A stretch of DNA of 64,000 bases from Paraphysomonas bandaiensis (taxonomy: Eukaryota > Protista > Chrysophyceae), in the NCBI GenBank assembly GCA_965644295.1, contig CBFFRP010000068.1, forward strand, positions 62,001 through 126,000, in the 5' to 3' direction. This document shows, one piece after another, positions 62,787-64,000 of the stretch; the stretch's first letter is position 1, and each line of letters begins with the position of its first letter. The notes beneath the pieces are model-generated. The model had not been told where the DNA came from, searched no databases, and saw nothing but the letters and a program-made list of their open reading frames with translations. Both the position numbers and the translations under genes were made by a program.

Positions 62787-63554
62787 TCATATATCATCTA
62801 TCTATTCAATATAGAGATCATATCAAGCATTCTACAGCTTGGGACGCACAACCCCAGTGATTATTAAAATCACTGCAGCGAAGCCAACGTTTCAAAGCAG
62901 CTCTGTCAACAACAGCAAGGTCGATAGGCGATATAGCCCATTGCCCCATACCGAGAGTGTGGTCGTAGAGTAGGCTCGCTGATACGCTGATAGCTGATAC
63001 ACCACATACCACATATAACACCAAGATGTTGCGCTGATTCTACCCCCCGCCTGCCTGTGTACCAACCTAGCTGTCCACGTAGATCACGCGCAGATTCTGT
63101 TGCCTCCCCACCCGTGTTCGCCGTCACAAAGATTACGCGGGATTTCTCATAGCTATGCATGACTTCTATATGTAATTCTCACAGATTTTTCCAAAGCCAG
63201 GTTCACCTTCCCATCACCTAACAACGATTACGGGGAGCTTCTTGTGATCATGCATGACTCAGTGTAGGCCTAGTATGGCATTGGCTGAGCCCCATTCTCC
63301 CCCCAGAATGCGCGGGGTTTCTCGTAATCATATATACTCTAGCTGGGACTTGCTTGGTGCCGACACACAAATAATACGTCGGGGTTTTAATAAAAATCCA
63401 TACATTGTTTTGTTTAATCAACACTAGCACTTTACTACGACACGCTCTCGGAATAGAGCACCCCTCGAACCTATTTTTACAGTGTAAAATACGATATAAA
63501 AGTCATCGCAATATGCGTCGTTCGCAACGCAGCAATATCTTAATAGATAAAAAA

Positions 63555-63917
63555 TTAGCGTATATGACTTTCACGGCACACTATAATCCGCCATTGCTCG
63601 TCACCACGACAATGAGGAGAGTGAGATACGGTTCGTTTCCAGTGCTGTGACCTCCAATATGATCCAAAATATGTCTGGATAGAATACACATTTTGATGCA
63701 GCCGTTCCATTCGGAATGCTTGTAGATGTGTTACTGGTCCACTACTAGCTGTCATTGGAGTATAATCAAATCCTGCACCTTCAAAATTACTTGATGTTGT
63801 AGGTTTACTAACAGCATAATCCATTATCATATACACTAATCCAATTTCAGTTAATTTTGGATGCTTATAAAGTGTATTAGCAATATGATGAATTGCTTCA
63901 TTCCCATATATACTCAT
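63555..63917 (-). CDS. Small hypothetical protein with a possible beta-trefoil/fascin-like strand pattern
   Basis: ATG-initiated 120-aa ORF with AT-rich 5' end; FRMERLHQNVYSIQTYFGSYW..DEQWRI is weakly beta-trefoil-like. Confidence 0.4.
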   Translation of the reverse strand: MSIYGNEAIHHIANTLYKHPKLTEIGLVYMIMDYAVSKPTTSSNFEGAGFDYTPMTASSGPVTHLQAFRMERLHQNVYSIQTYFGSYWRSQHWKRTVSHSPHCRGDEQWRIIVCRESHIR

Positions 63918-64000
63918 TGTAAGATATTTACCATCTATAGTAGATAATGTGATATAATTGTTATATATGTGATCTATATAGAAACTAGATTTAGTTTGAT

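Noticed and set aside
62818-63540. GC-richer stretch with short ORFs downstream of the hAT element
   Set aside because: No motif, terminal repeat or consistent frame recognised; possibly decayed TE but unsupported

Overview
Gene-dense, AT-rich eukaryotic nuclear DNA with many short (about 50-150 nt) GT-AG introns. The gene content (AHI1/jouberin, PT-repeat surface proteins, CAR-like GPCR, AP-4) suggests a flagellated protist, probably a stramenopile such as a chrysophyte-like ochrophyte; this is inference. About 20 protein-coding genes are recognisable: SWSAP1-like, mucin-like membrane protein, ankyrin protein, intron-containing NAD+-dependent DNA ligase (LigA), cAMP-receptor-like GPCR, ELP5-like, sulfotransferase, arylsulfatase, AHI1, FG-GAP membrane protein, Gfo/Idh/MocA oxidoreductase, RPL4, HMG-CoA lyase, Prx6-like protein, AP4S1, SDH4 and a fusion of about 1100 aa with two PLP-enzyme domains. 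Mobile DNA includes a hAT element with intact TIRs and an 8-bp TSD, a small hAT-type MITE, pogo-like relics, a possible Crypton-like relic and a dispersed repeat family with four copies. The most notable items are: (1) a fusion of an uncharacterised fold-type I PLP domain to a divergent fold-type III decarboxylase; (2) a nuclear, spliced bacterial-type LigA; (3) a Prx6 homolog lacking its catalytic Cys and Arg; (4) ApT-rich zones around gene starts that visibly bias N-terminal protein sequence. Exon boundaries and family calls were made by eye, without database searches.
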